Positions 39,469-49,576 of a stretch of 64,000 nt of DNA are shown piece by piece (within the stretch, counting starts at the first letter, position 1; every line of letters begins with the position of its first letter). The stretch spans positions 160,001 through 224,000 of the forward strand of contig JBDRZU010000002.1 in NCBI GenBank assembly GCA_039804105.1, written 5' to 3'. Position numbers and translations under genes: made by a program. This DNA comes from a candidate division WOR-3 bacterium. GTDB lineage: Bacteria > Hydrothermota > 32-111. The notes beneath the pieces were generated by a model, which saw only the letters and a list, made by a program, of their open reading frames with translations, was not told the DNA's origin and searched no databases.

Positions 39469-40697
39469 TTTAAAATCCTGATTATGTTTTCCCTGATAGC
39501 CCTTCTTGCAGGATAAAAAGAAGCCAAAACACCTATAAATGTTCCAAAAATACCTGCCTGTAAAATCGAGATCAAATTAAAGGAACCCCTAAAAATACTC
39601 TTTATCGGATAACCTATATCCATGTCTCCTATCACACTAGAAAAATCTAAACCAACCCTATAAAGGTAAAACGAAATCAATCCTCCTAAAACCATTCCAA
39701 CAATTGATCCGATCAGACCTATCAATGCACCTTCAAATACAAACATCTTTAAAATCACATGGTTTGGGGCACCCATCGCTCGCATAGTTCCTATCTCTTT
39801 AAACCTCTCATAGATCGAAAGTAAAATTGTATTCGCTATACCAACACCACCAATTATAAGTATAACAAATATTACGATCCCTCCAGAGTATTTTTTAGCT
39901 GAATCTATAGCTTTTATCTCGAAAGCAAAATCCTCCCATGTTACCAGTTTTAAACCAGGGTATTTTGAAAGTACTCTATCAAACTTTTTAACAAAATCGT
40001 ATAGTGAACCGTTCTTTTTTAACTTTATAGAAACATTTGAGACCTTCTTTTCTACATCCAAAAAATTTCTCGCTTGATCGATATTCACAAACACTGTTGT
40101 CCTGTCAATGTTTGGATTTCCTGTTGAAACACATCCTATCAATTTTGTATCAAAAGCATCAAAAGTACCGCCTGAAGTTCTCGATTGAATTATCAATAAC
40201 GAATCTGTACTTACATCAAAATATTTTAAAATATCACTTCCAACAACTATACTTCCAGCGCTAAAATTTTCTATTCTGGAAAAACTCATATCAAAGGTTT
40301 TATATGTTTTTATATATGAGTTAAAATCTATACCTTTTATAAGAACAGGTAATTTGTTCAAACCATCCGAAAGATTTCCAATAAAAACTATTTCATAAGT
40401 AAAACTTTCTACCATGTCTGAATTGATCAAAAAACTAATTATCTCTTCAGGGACTATAAATCCTATCTCATTTATATCCATTTTTTTATCACTCAATGAA
40501 AAGTTCTTTGAAACCAATTTCAAACTTGCAGTTTCAAAGTTTATTAAATTGTTTATTGAATCCCTGTTCAAACCATCAAGTAGAGAAAACATTGTAATAA
40601 GAAGCATCACCCCAAAAACTACAGGGATAAGTGTAAGTATCGTTCTTTGTTTGCTTCTAAAAATATTTTTGAATGCAAGTTTTATCCAGAATACCAT
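39465..40697 (-). CDS. ABC transporter permease (FtsX/LolE-like)
   Basis: LAFKNIFRSKQRT, NTILLSIYERFKEIGTMRAMG, YPARRA. Start moved from 40712 to ATG 40697. Confidence 0.92.
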   Translation of the reverse strand: MVFWIKLAFKNIFRSKQRTILTLIPVVFGVMLLITMFSLLDGLNRDSINNLINFETASLKLVSKNFSLSDKKMDINEIGFIVPEEIISFLINSDMVESFTYEIVFIGNLSDGLNKLPVLIKGIDFNSYIKTYKTFDMSFSRIENFSAGSIVVGSDILKYFDVSTDSLLIIQSRTSGGTFDAFDTKLIGCVSTGNPNIDRTTVFVNIDQARNFLDVEKKVSNVSIKLKKNGSLYDFVKKFDRVLSKYPGLKLVTWEDFAFEIKAIDSAKKYSGGIVIFVILIIGGVGIANTILLSIYERFKEIGTMRAMGAPNHVILKMFVFEGALIGLIGSIVGMVLGGLISFYLYRVGLDFSSVIGDMDIGYPIKSIFRGSFNLISILQAGIFGTFIGVLASFYPARRAIRENIIRILK

Positions 40698-40698
40698 A

Positions 40699-41376
40699 TC
40701 AAACCTTCTCAACTATTTTTCCATCCCTTAAGAATATAACATTATCTGCATAATCCATAACAAGTTTATCATGGGTTGAAAAAATGAATGTTGTGTTCAA
40801 ATCTTTGTTCATCTTTCTCATTATTTCCATAACATTTTTTGCGTTTTCAGAATCAAGGTTTGCTGTTGGTTCATCAGCAAGAACAAGAATCGGTTTCTTC
40901 ACGAGAGCTCTTGCAATAGCAACTCTCTGCTTCTGTCCCCCCGATAACTCTTTTGGAAATCTGTTTTTGAGTTCAAGTATTCCAACCATTTCAAGTATCT
41001 CTTCAACAAGTTTTTTATGATTTTTGTTAAATTTTGGATTTATTGCAAGAGAAAATTCAACATTTTCGTATACTGTTAAAACAGGAATAAGATTGAAATC
41101 TTGAAAGATAAAACCTATATTTTGATTCCTAAAATATGTTAATCTGTTATCATCATATCCGACAACATTTTCCTTGTCAAAGTAAAGATTACCTGATGTG
41201 GGCTGATCGAGACAACCTATGATGTTCAAAAGCGTAGTCTTTCCACTTCCTGAAGGACCAGCAATAGATATAAAAGAGCCCTTTGTTATTTCGAGGGAAA
41301 CAGAATTTAAAGCCCTTACAACAACATCTCCAACTCTATAATCTTTAACAATATTCTCAACTTTTATATCCTGCAT
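40699..41376 (-). CDS. ABC transporter ATP-binding protein (LolD/MacB-like)
   Basis: GPSGSGKT, LSGGQKQRVAIARAL, LADEPTANLD, STHD. Start set to the ATG after GGAGGG. Confidence 0.95.
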   Translation of the reverse strand: MQDIKVENIVKDYRVGDVVVRALNSVSLEITKGSFISIAGPSGSGKTTLLNIIGCLDQPTSGNLYFDKENVVGYDDNRLTYFRNQNIGFIFQDFNLIPVLTVYENVEFSLAINPKFNKNHKKLVEEILEMVGILELKNRFPKELSGGQKQRVAIARALVKKPILVLADEPTANLDSENAKNVMEIMRKMNKDLNTTFIFSTHDKLVMDYADNVIFLRDGKIVEKV

Positions 41377-41938
41377 TATCCCTCCATCCAACTTTTTTTT
41401 GAATTTTTAAAAAATAAACAACCAGAAAATCCTTCAACAGATCACCTGGAAGAAAAGGAAAAACTCCAATATACAAAATTTTTCTAAGATTCACATTCTT
41501 ATGTAAAACAAAAGAAAAAAATGTAAACAGATACAATGTGCCGGTAACATATATCAAAAAATTACAAAAAATAAGAAGAAGTATCAAATTCTTATTAAAA
41601 GATTCTTTAAGATTCACAATTAAAAATGAAGAAATAAAAAAACCAATTATATAGCCATAGGTCGGAGAAAAGATTGAGAAAGTTGGATTGGTTGCGAACA
41701 ACGGAATTCCAAAAATTCCCAACATCACATATAAAAATACCGAAATAACTGCTTCTTTACCAAAAAGAAGTGAAATAAGAAATAATCCAAAAGTTTGACC
41801 TGTAATTGGAACAGGTGAAAATGGAAGGAAAATTTTTATTTTAGAAGTTAATGTCAAAAAAATAAGAGAGAATAGAATTTTTAAAACCTTGCTTGTTGTT
41901 GATTTTTCAATGATGAAAGTTTTATTTATAAAATACAT
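41357..41938 (-). CDS. bioY: Biotin transporter BioY
   Basis: PVPITGQTF, G..GIPLFA, PTYGYIIGF, GVFPFLPGDLLK. Confidence 0.92.
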   Translation of the reverse strand: MYFINKTFIIEKSTTSKVLKILFSLIFLTLTSKIKIFLPFSPVPITGQTFGLFLISLLFGKEAVISVFLYVMLGIFGIPLFATNPTFSIFSPTYGYIIGFFISSFLIVNLKESFNKNLILLLIFCNFLIYVTGTLYLFTFFSFVLHKNVNLRKILYIGVFPFLPGDLLKDFLVVYFLKIQKKVGWRDNAGYKS

Positions 41939-41969
41939 AAAAACTCCTTAATTTTCCTATTTTTAATGA

Positions 41970-41997
41970 ATTTTAAACTTTTAAAAATTCAAGTCAA
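41970..41997 (-). promoter_or_regulatory. Putative promoter of the bioY/ABC operon
   Basis: TTGACT-16 bp-TAAAAT; TAAGGAG SD. Confidence 0.6.
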
Positions 41998-42018
41998 GTT
42001 TAAACTGAAAATTTTCAA

Positions 42019-42046
42019 TTGACTATTGAATATATACAAATATAAT
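42019..42046 (+). promoter_or_regulatory. Putative promoter of yajC-fmt-purF
   Basis: TTGACT-16 bp-TATAAT; TAAGGAG SD. Confidence 0.65.
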
Positions 42047-42072
42047 TATGAAAAACAAAATAAGGAGTTTAT

Positions 42073-42396
42073 ATGTTAAATTATCTAATTTTTAACCAAA
42101 CAGCAACTCAACAGGCAAATCCTCTTGTTTCACTTTTACCTTTAATAATAATGTTTGCTGCATTATATCTTTTATTTATTTTGCCACAACAAAAAGCTGA
42201 GAAAAAGCATAAGGAGATGTTAAACTCACTGAACAAGGGTGATAAAGTTATATTATCTTCAGGAATAATAGGAACTATCACCAATATTAAAGAAGATATT
42301 ATCTTTCTCGAAATTTCACCAAAAGTCGAAATAAAAGTTTTAAAATCCACTGTTACAAAAAAGATAGAGGATGATTCTGAAGTAAAAAATGGATAG
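42073..42396 (+). CDS. yajC: Preprotein translocase subunit YajC
   Basis: YLLFILPQQK..KKHKEMLNSLNKGDKVILSSGIIG. Confidence 0.95.
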   Translation: MLNYLIFNQTATQQANPLVSLLPLIIMFAALYLLFILPQQKAEKKHKEMLNSLNKGDKVILSSGIIGTITNIKEDIIFLEISPKVEIKVLKSTVTKKIEDDSEVKNG

Positions 42397-43321
42397 TTTT
42401 GTTTTTATTGGAAACGATAACATATCTTTGAAATTCCTCGAAAAAATTATAGACAAAAAAAGACCAGAATATATAATAACAGGTCACGATAGAATATCGG
42501 GTAGAGGGAGAAAATTAACTCCCTCACCATTGGTTGAAATCGCAAAAAAAAATTCGATAGAGTTATTGAAAACCGATAATCCAAACTCTAAAGATTTTTT
42601 AAAACTGCTAAGAGAAAAAAAAATACCAGATTTCTTTCTTCTATTTTCTTTCGGTTATATACTCAACAAAGAATTTCTTGAAATACCAAAAAGGATGAGT
42701 GTTAACATACATCCTTCTCTTCTTCCCAAATATAGAGGAGCTGCACCGATCAATAGAGTAATAATTAATGGAGAAAAAAGAAGTGGTGTAACATTTTTTA
42801 AAATGGATGAAACTCTTGATGGTGGAGATATTATTTTTCAGGAAGATTTTGGTCTTGAACCTTACATTGATTCTATAGAACTAAAAGAAAAAATAATCGA
42901 AGTTTCCTCAAAAATGTTTTTAACCTTTGATTGGTCACACGATTTTAAACTCTATAAACAGGATGAAAGTCAGGCGACCTATGCAAAAAAAATAAAAAAG
43001 GAAGAACTGGTTCTTGATCTTAACAAAAATGCCTTGAATTTAACAAACCATATAAATGGCCTTGCAGAATATGGAATAAAATGTAGAATTGGTAAATATA
43101 ATGTAAAAATTAGAAAAGTTGTTCCATCAGAAATAAAGGTTGAAAAAGGGAATTTAAAAATTTCTGAAAAAAAAGAACTACTTTTAGGTTGCGATGATGG
43201 ATCAGTATCGGTTTTAAAAATACAACCCGAAGGTAAAAACATAATGGATTCAAAAAGTTTTATAAATGGATACAAAATAAAAGATGGAGAGAAAATATGT
43301 GTGGAATCTTTGGAATCATAG
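42389..43321 (+). CDS. fmt: Methionyl-tRNA formyltransferase
   Basis: DR.SGRGRKL, NIHPSLLPKYRGAAPI, LDGGDI, ATYAKKI, IQPEGK. Confidence 0.93.
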   Translation: MDSFVFIGNDNISLKFLEKIIDKKRPEYIITGHDRISGRGRKLTPSPLVEIAKKNSIELLKTDNPNSKDFLKLLREKKIPDFFLLFSFGYILNKEFLEIPKRMSVNIHPSLLPKYRGAAPINRVIINGEKRSGVTFFKMDETLDGGDIIFQEDFGLEPYIDSIELKEKIIEVSSKMFLTFDWSHDFKLYKQDESQATYAKKIKKEELVLDLNKNALNLTNHINGLAEYGIKCRIGKYNVKIRKVVPSEIKVEKGNLKISEKKELLLGCDDGSVSVLKIQPEGKNIMDSKSFINGYKIKDGEKICVESLES

Positions 43322-44712
43322 GATCAAAAAACGCTTTCATAGATATATACAAAGGGTTAAAAATGATCCAGCACAGAGGACAGGACACATGTGGGATCGT
43401 AACATTTTCAAATAAATTCAACATCAAACTCGCTGAGGGACTTGTAACAAACGCTTTTGATGAAAATGATATCAACAAACTTTCAGGATATACAGGTATA
43501 GGACATGTCCGTTACCCAACAATAGGAAAAGGAGGTTTGGAAAACGCTCAACCTGTATACACAAATACTCCCTATGGAATAGTTATGGCTCACAATGGAA
43601 ACGTTGTAAACTATTTCAGTTTAAAAAACAAACTGATCAAGGAATATCATAGATATATAAATTCAGAGGTAGATGTTCAAATAATATTAAATGTTTTTGC
43701 ATACTATTTGAGTTTTGAAAAAAATTTTAACTTTGACTCTCTCTGTAAATCTGTTGAAAAAGTTTTTGATGAGGTTAAAGGGAGTTATTCTGTTATAGCA
43801 TATATTGCAGGTCAAGGTTTTCTTGCATTCAGAGATCCTGTTGGTTACAGACCATTGGTATTTGGAACAGATGGTGAAAGATATGCATTCTCTTCTGAAT
43901 CGGTATCACTTGAAAGTATTGGAATAGATAATTTTGAAGATGTAAAACCTGGTGAGGTTATATTTATTTCAGATAAAGGAAAAATTAACAGAAAAATAGT
44001 AAAAAAATCAGAGCATAAGGCTTGTATTTTTGAATGGGTGTATTTTGCAAGACCTGATTCCATAATCGATGGTATAGATGTTTACAACGCAAGATACCGT
44101 TTAGGGGAAAAACTTGCAGAAGTTTTACAAAACAGAAGAAAAGATTTTGATGTGGTTATACCTGTTCCAGATACTTCAAGAACAGCAGCACTTGCACTCG
44201 CGACAAAATTAAACCTTCCATACAGAGAAGGATTGATCAAAAACAGATATGTTGGAAGAACATTCATAATGCCAGGGCAGAAAAAAAGAATAGATGCTGT
44301 AAGAGAAAAATTGCATCCAATAAAAATTGAACTTCAAAACAAAAGGGTCTTACTCGTTGATGATTCTATCGTAAGAGGGAATACTTCAAAAAGCATTGTA
44401 AAACTTGTTAGAGAGGCGAAAGCAAAAGAGGTACATTTTGCGGTTTATTCACCACCTTTAAAATTTCCGTGCTACTTTGGTATCGACATCCAGAAAACTG
44501 ACGAATTCATTGCAAATAAAACAAGTTTTGAAAAAATTGCTGACGAGATAGGCGCTGATTCTTTAACCTATCTTCCCCTTGAGAAGTTGATAGAAGGTGT
44601 TGGAATAAACAGAATAGATTTTTGTACTTCATGTTTCAGTGGTAAATACGATATATCTCTTGATCAAAAGGATATCGATGATATTAAGAAAGATAGAACA
44701 AACTCTTTTTAA
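43297..44712 (+). CDS. purF: Amidophosphoribosyltransferase
   Basis: MCGIFG, QHRGQD, GHVRYPT, FEWVYFARPDS, NRYVGRTFIMP, LVDDSIVRG. Confidence 0.97.
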   Translation: MCGIFGIIGSKNAFIDIYKGLKMIQHRGQDTCGIVTFSNKFNIKLAEGLVTNAFDENDINKLSGYTGIGHVRYPTIGKGGLENAQPVYTNTPYGIVMAHNGNVVNYFSLKNKLIKEYHRYINSEVDVQIILNVFAYYLSFEKNFNFDSLCKSVEKVFDEVKGSYSVIAYIAGQGFLAFRDPVGYRPLVFGTDGERYAFSSESVSLESIGIDNFEDVKPGEVIFISDKGKINRKIVKKSEHKACIFEWVYFARPDSIIDGIDVYNARYRLGEKLAEVLQNRRKDFDVVIPVPDTSRTAALALATKLNLPYREGLIKNRYVGRTFIMPGQKKRIDAVREKLHPIKIELQNKRVLLVDDSIVRGNTSKSIVKLVREAKAKEVHFAVYSPPLKFPCYFGIDIQKTDEFIANKTSFEKIADEIGADSLTYLPLEKLIEGVGINRIDFCTSCFSGKYDISLDQKDIDDIKKDRTNSF

Positions 44713-44720
44713 TTTAATTT

Positions 44721-47700
44721 TTGGTAATGTTTTGTTTTAAAACTTTTTACCTTTTACTTTTTTTCTATTTTCAACCCGATACTGTTAAACTTGAAAAAGC
44801 ATACGACTTTTATGTTTTTGAAAATCCCATATATAAAAACTCTTTACAGATACTATCAGAAAAGAAACTCTTAAAAGAAAATGAAGATTTTTATTTTGAT
44901 GGAAAAAGGATCAAGTTTACAAAGAATTTTAAAGATGTTGAGATAATCTTTTTAAAAGTGGATGAACAAATCAAAACCGAAAATTTTAAATACAAAGATC
45001 AACTACAAAAAGAGGAAATTTTTGAGAAAAAAGATGAATCAACAAAAAGTGTCTATATAACAGGCGTGAAAGGTTTCAATGTCTTAAACCAAAACAATAG
45101 AATCGATATAGAACAGGTAACAGATTTTTCAATAAACGGAAAAATTGATTCATTCTGGAGTGTCGAAGGTTACATAAACGATAACTCTTCTACAAACGAC
45201 ATCGGACTAAATGCTCCAATCTATCAGATTGAAAATTTGAAATTCTCTTTGTACAATACATCCGGAACAAAATTTTTTCTTGGAAATTCGAAATTAGAGA
45301 ATAAATGGTCAAAATTTTTAAACCTCAATAAAGATATTTTTGGACTTGGATTTTCTACGAGTTTAAAAAAATATCCTTTATCGTTTTCTTATGCGGCTGA
45401 AAAAGGAAATTTTAAATCATCATCCTTTTTCTGTATCGATGGTATTCTTGGACCATATAGGATAGTAGAAGAAAGAAACCTGTTCGATTATACGATAACT
45501 CCCGGAAGTGAAAAAGTTTATCTAAACGGCCAACTGTTGGAAAACGGAGAGGACAAAGATTATACTATCGATTATTACACCGGTGAATTAACTTTTACAA
45601 ACAAACATATCGTTGATCAAAACTCGTATGTTTATATTGAGTTTCAACAGTTTGATATAATTTCTTTAAACTCTGGATACTATATTTCTTTAGGAGATGA
45701 AAAAAATGATCTAAAAATGTTTTATTCCAGTGAAGGAAACCAGATAAATGATCAAAAATTGAAAGAAGAACTTTCTTTGTATCCTTCAGATTCATCCTAC
45801 ATTCTTCTTAAATCGTATGAATTTGTTGGTGAAAACAGAGGTGATTATTTTTTACAGGATTCGATTTTTGTTTTCGCTGGAGAAGGAAAAGGGGACTATA
45901 AGGTTGAATTTTATTATGTTGGATATGGAAAAGGAGATTATCTGTACTCACCTTCCAATTTTTCCTTTGTATATGTCGGTAAAAACAATGGTAATTATTC
46001 CCCTTTCAGAAGAGTTTCCCTTCCATTTTTTTACCATCTTCTCGATATTTCATTTACAAAAAATATAAAGTATGGTGGTTTTGATCTGGAAATATTAACA
46101 GGCCTTTACAAAAACAATAGATACAATTTACAATCCCAGTTTTTAAAAGATTTTTCGTATTATCTATCTTACAATACAAAAAGATTTTTATTTAAAAATT
46201 TTTCATCCTCATTCTTGTTTCAATACAGAGAGAACGATACCATATACAAAACAAGATGGAACAAAATGGTTAGTTTCGAATACATAAAAAATGATACAAC
46301 TTTTAAAACACCTTTTCGAGAGTTCACTTTTTCGTTTGATCCATCTTTCGAAAATATTTTCAATTCGAACCTTTCCATTTCTAAAATTGACTCCTTCAAC
46401 ACTGTTAAAACTATTATAAATACGGATACATTTTTCAACTATTCTGCAGATTTTAGAACAATCTATTTTATTTTAAAAGATTCTATTTACTATAAAAATG
46501 AGTTCATTTCATTAACAAAAAAATTTAAAATATCAAATTTTTCTGTTTTCATAGAAAATGAAAGTAGAACTCTTTTTTCATATAAGAGAGGTTTAAAAAT
46601 ATTTTCAGACAATAGAAATTTTCTCATGGAATATAGAAACGAAAAAATTTTTGAAGACAGTTTAAAAATTAAAAATATTGATGTATTTAAATTAGAAACG
46701 AACAAATCTGAACGAGAAAATTTTTTAGCACTATTTTCTGGAGAATATAAAGTTTTTGACTACAACGATACAAAAAGGAATATAGTTGCTATAAATACAG
46801 TTTACAAAAAAATATTCACAAATGTTTATGAATATTTTTTAGATACATACATAACATCTCTTTCTTTATACAATATAGTTGAAACTTATGTTTATGTCGG
46901 TAAAGGCAAAGGTGATTATGTTTACGATCCTATAACTAATTCATACATTTATGATAAAATATATGGTGATTATGTACTCATAAAGGAAAACAAACTATCC
47001 AACGACCCCTATTCGAAAAGAATGATCAAAACCTCTTTAAGATTATATCAATTTGAAACTTTTATTAACTTAAACTATTCAGACCTATCAAAAAATCTAT
47101 TAGAAACAAAACAAAATAATTTAAATGAAACAAATTTAAACTTTAAATTTTTTATAGACAAAATCCTAAACAGAAAATTAACTCCTTTTATGGGGTTAAC
47201 ATATGAAAAAATATATTACAAAAATCTATCTTCATTTAAAAATTTTTCTTTGGACTTAGGGATTAAAAACTTACTTGATATTAACTATTCACTTCTCTAT
47301 AGAAACGAAAATGAAAAAAGAGAAGAAATTACAGGAAAATATGATTTGAATTCAAACTCTATCATTTTTGAATTCAATTTGGGCGGGTTAAAACAAAACT
47401 ACAAATTCAAATTCTCTTATGGTTACTTCTATGGATTTTATGATTACGATGAAATAAATTTTTCACCATTAAAAGGAACAAAAGTAGAATTCTTTTCAGA
47501 TATAGAACAAAAAATTATTTCAAATTTTTCTTTCAATCTTATTCCAAAAATCTCATACACATTCTATAATGAAGGAGATGACCTTCCACTGAGTATAAAT
47601 TATAAATACCCTAAAGGGATATTCTTTGAAAATACTCTCTCTATAGTTTTTATTAACGATTTTATTAACTCAAGGATATCCTATATTTTGGATTATTCTT

Positions 47701-47753
47701 TAAGAAATTCTTTAAGACAGAGGGTTCTATTCTCTCTATTTACCTATTTTTAA
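44721..47753 (+). CDS. Large exported/outer-membrane hypothetical protein
   Basis: GPY...PGSEKVYLNGQLL....DYTIDYYTGELTF motif, repeated VGxGxGDY units, terminal Phe. Confidence 0.6.
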   Translation: MVMFCFKTFYLLLFFYFQPDTVKLEKAYDFYVFENPIYKNSLQILSEKKLLKENEDFYFDGKRIKFTKNFKDVEIIFLKVDEQIKTENFKYKDQLQKEEIFEKKDESTKSVYITGVKGFNVLNQNNRIDIEQVTDFSINGKIDSFWSVEGYINDNSSTNDIGLNAPIYQIENLKFSLYNTSGTKFFLGNSKLENKWSKFLNLNKDIFGLGFSTSLKKYPLSFSYAAEKGNFKSSSFFCIDGILGPYRIVEERNLFDYTITPGSEKVYLNGQLLENGEDKDYTIDYYTGELTFTNKHIVDQNSYVYIEFQQFDIISLNSGYYISLGDEKNDLKMFYSSEGNQINDQKLKEELSLYPSDSSYILLKSYEFVGENRGDYFLQDSIFVFAGEGKGDYKVEFYYVGYGKGDYLYSPSNFSFVYVGKNNGNYSPFRRVSLPFFYHLLDISFTKNIKYGGFDLEILTGLYKNNRYNLQSQFLKDFSYYLSYNTKRFLFKNFSSSFLFQYRENDTIYKTRWNKMVSFEYIKNDTTFKTPFREFTFSFDPSFENIFNSNLSISKIDSFNTVKTIINTDTFFNYSADFRTIYFILKDSIYYKNEFISLTKKFKISNFSVFIENESRTLFSYKRGLKIFSDNRNFLMEYRNEKIFEDSLKIKNIDVFKLETNKSERENFLALFSGEYKVFDYNDTKRNIVAINTVYKKIFTNVYEYFLDTYITSLSLYNIVETYVYVGKGKGDYVYDPITNSYIYDKIYGDYVLIKENKLSNDPYSKRMIKTSLRLYQFETFINLNYSDLSKNLLETKQNNLNETNLNFKFFIDKILNRKLTPFMGLTYEKIYYKNLSSFKNFSLDLGIKNLLDINYSLLYRNENEKREEITGKYDLNSNSIIFEFNLGGLKQNYKFKFSYGYFYGFYDYDEINFSPLKGTKVEFFSDIEQKIISNFSFNLIPKISYTFYNEGDDLPLSINYKYPKGIFFENTLSIVFINDFINSRISYILDYSLRNSLRQRVLFSLFTYF

Positions 47754-48227
47754 AAAATCAAGTTCCTTTGAAATATCTTTTTTTACTTTAAATGGAAAAA
47801 TATTTTTTCCATATTTTGTTTTTACCTGTATTTCTCCTTCAACATCAACAACGAGTTTCCCTTCTTTTATTTTTTCAATTATATCTGTTGAAAGTATTGA
47901 ATATTTGATTTTTAAATTCGTAGAATAAACCCCAGAAGAATTTTTTTTCAAAAGAAAAGTTTTTTCAGAGATTCCTTCTCCAACATTTTTGGTATCGATA
48001 TAAATTTTATAAACAACTCTTTCAAAATTTATATCAACTTTATTCGGGTTAAAAACTTTTAAATTAAGATCAAAATTCACACCAGTCAAATCAAACGATT
48101 TGTATTCGAATGACTCAACTTCATACTCAAGACTTTTCAGTGTTTTAACTTGATTAATATAAGAACAGTTTGACAGAGTACTCAAAAATATAACAATAGT
48201 ATTAAAGATCAAAATTTTTTTAACCAT
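47736..48227 (-). CDS. LEA type 2 (WHy domain) lipoprotein
   Basis: Lipobox-like LSNC; LKVFNPN...YKIYID..VGEG. Confidence 0.8.
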   Translation of the reverse strand: MVKKILIFNTIVIFLSTLSNCSYINQVKTLKSLEYEVESFEYKSFDLTGVNFDLNLKVFNPNKVDINFERVVYKIYIDTKNVGEGISEKTFLLKKNSSGVYSTNLKIKYSILSTDIIEKIKEGKLVVDVEGEIQVKTKYGKNIFPFKVKKDISKELDFLKIGK

Positions 48228-49480
48228 CTTTGTAAATCCTTTTTATAGCGCTTTGGATCAACATCTATCCTGTTAAGTTTTTCTTCAACAGCACATTTTA
48301 AAACAGCAAAAGATTCTTCAACAAAAACTCTTCTATCAAAAGGTTTTGGTATAAAATATTTTCTTGAAAATTTCAAATCCTCTTTGTATAATTTTTTTAT
48401 ATATTCTGGAACATCCTTTTTTGCAAGACATGCAAGTGATCTTGCTGCTTCAAGTTTCATATTTTCACTTATCTTCCTTGCACCGCAATCAAGAACACCT
48501 CTGAAAATATATGGGAATCCAAGAACATTGTTGATCTGATTCGGATAATCGGATCTTCCTGTTGCCATAATTATATCCTTTCGCGTATTAACAGCTTCAT
48601 AATAATCTATTTCAGGATCAGGATTCGCAAGTGCAAAAACTATTGGATCTTTTGCCATCTTTTTTAACATCTCTTTTTTCAAAACACCTTTGACCGATAA
48701 TCCAAGGAACATATCGGCATCTTCTATTGCTTCTTCGATTTTTAACTCTTTTTCTTTTGCAAAAATTTTGTTATATTTATTTAAATCTTTTCTTTTTTTA
48801 CAAAGCATTCCAAACTTGTCGAACACAAAAATTTTTTCTAAGGAAGCCCCAACTTTTAAAAACATCTTTAAAACAGGAATCGCAGCAGCACCAGCACCGG
48901 ATACAACTATCTTTAAATCATGGATATTCTTTTCAACAAGTTCACACGCATTCATAAGACCTGCTGTTGCAATTATTGCTGTTCCATGTTGATCATCATG
49001 GAACACAGGTATATCCATCATCTCTATCAACTTTTCTTCAATATAAAAACATTCAGGGCCTTTTATATCCTCTAAATTTATTCCACCAAAGGTTGGCTCT
49101 AAAGATTTCACTATCCGAACAAATTCATCTGGATCCTTTTCATCAACCTCTATATCAAAAGCATCTATGAATGCAAACTTCTTAAAAAGAACTGCTTTTC
49201 CTTCCATGACAGGTTTTGAAGCGTATGAACCTATGTCTCCAAGACCCAAAACTGCTGTTCCATTTGAAATAACTCCAACAAGATTTTTTCTATTTGTATA
49301 TTTGAATGATAAATTTTTATCTTTTGAAATTTCAATTGATGGGAATGCAACTCCTGGAGTGTATGCTAAAGAAAGATCCTCTTTTGACAGACACCGTTTT
49401 TTAACTTTTATCTCAATTTTACCACCTGTTGGAAAAGAGTGGTATTTGAGTGATTTAGATTTTAAATCGTTTTTCTTCAT
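48209..49480 (-). CDS. NAD(P)-dependent malic enzyme (no PTA domain)
   Basis: LSLAYTPGVA, SNGTAVLGLG, PVMEGKAVLFK, FHDDQHGTA, GAGAA, TGRSDYPNQINN. Start moved from 49519 to ATG 49480. Confidence 0.95.
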   Translation of the reverse strand: MKKNDLKSKSLKYHSFPTGGKIEIKVKKRCLSKEDLSLAYTPGVAFPSIEISKDKNLSFKYTNRKNLVGVISNGTAVLGLGDIGSYASKPVMEGKAVLFKKFAFIDAFDIEVDEKDPDEFVRIVKSLEPTFGGINLEDIKGPECFYIEEKLIEMMDIPVFHDDQHGTAIIATAGLMNACELVEKNIHDLKIVVSGAGAAAIPVLKMFLKVGASLEKIFVFDKFGMLCKKRKDLNKYNKIFAKEKELKIEEAIEDADMFLGLSVKGVLKKEMLKKMAKDPIVFALANPDPEIDYYEAVNTRKDIIMATGRSDYPNQINNVLGFPYIFRGVLDCGARKISENMKLEAARSLACLAKKDVPEYIKKLYKEDLKFSRKYFIPKPFDRRVFVEESFAVLKCAVEEKLNRIDVDPKRYKKDLQRWLKKF

Positions 49481-49488
49481 AATAAAAA

Positions 49489-49516
49489 AGTATATTAAAT
49501 AAATCTTAAAATTCAA
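49489..49516 (-). promoter_or_regulatory. Putative leaderless promoter of the malic enzyme gene
   Basis: TTGAAT-16 bp-TATACT-8 nt-ATG, with no SD. Confidence 0.55.
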
Positions 49517-49529
49517 CAAAAATTTATGA

Positions 49530-49557
49530 TTGACTATATTTTGAAGTTTTATATAAT
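49530..49557 (+). promoter_or_regulatory. Putative promoter of the 49577-51654 operon
   Basis: TTGACT-16 bp-TATAAT; AGGAGAG SD. Confidence 0.65.
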
Positions 49558-49576
49558 AACTAAAAAAGGAGAGAGG

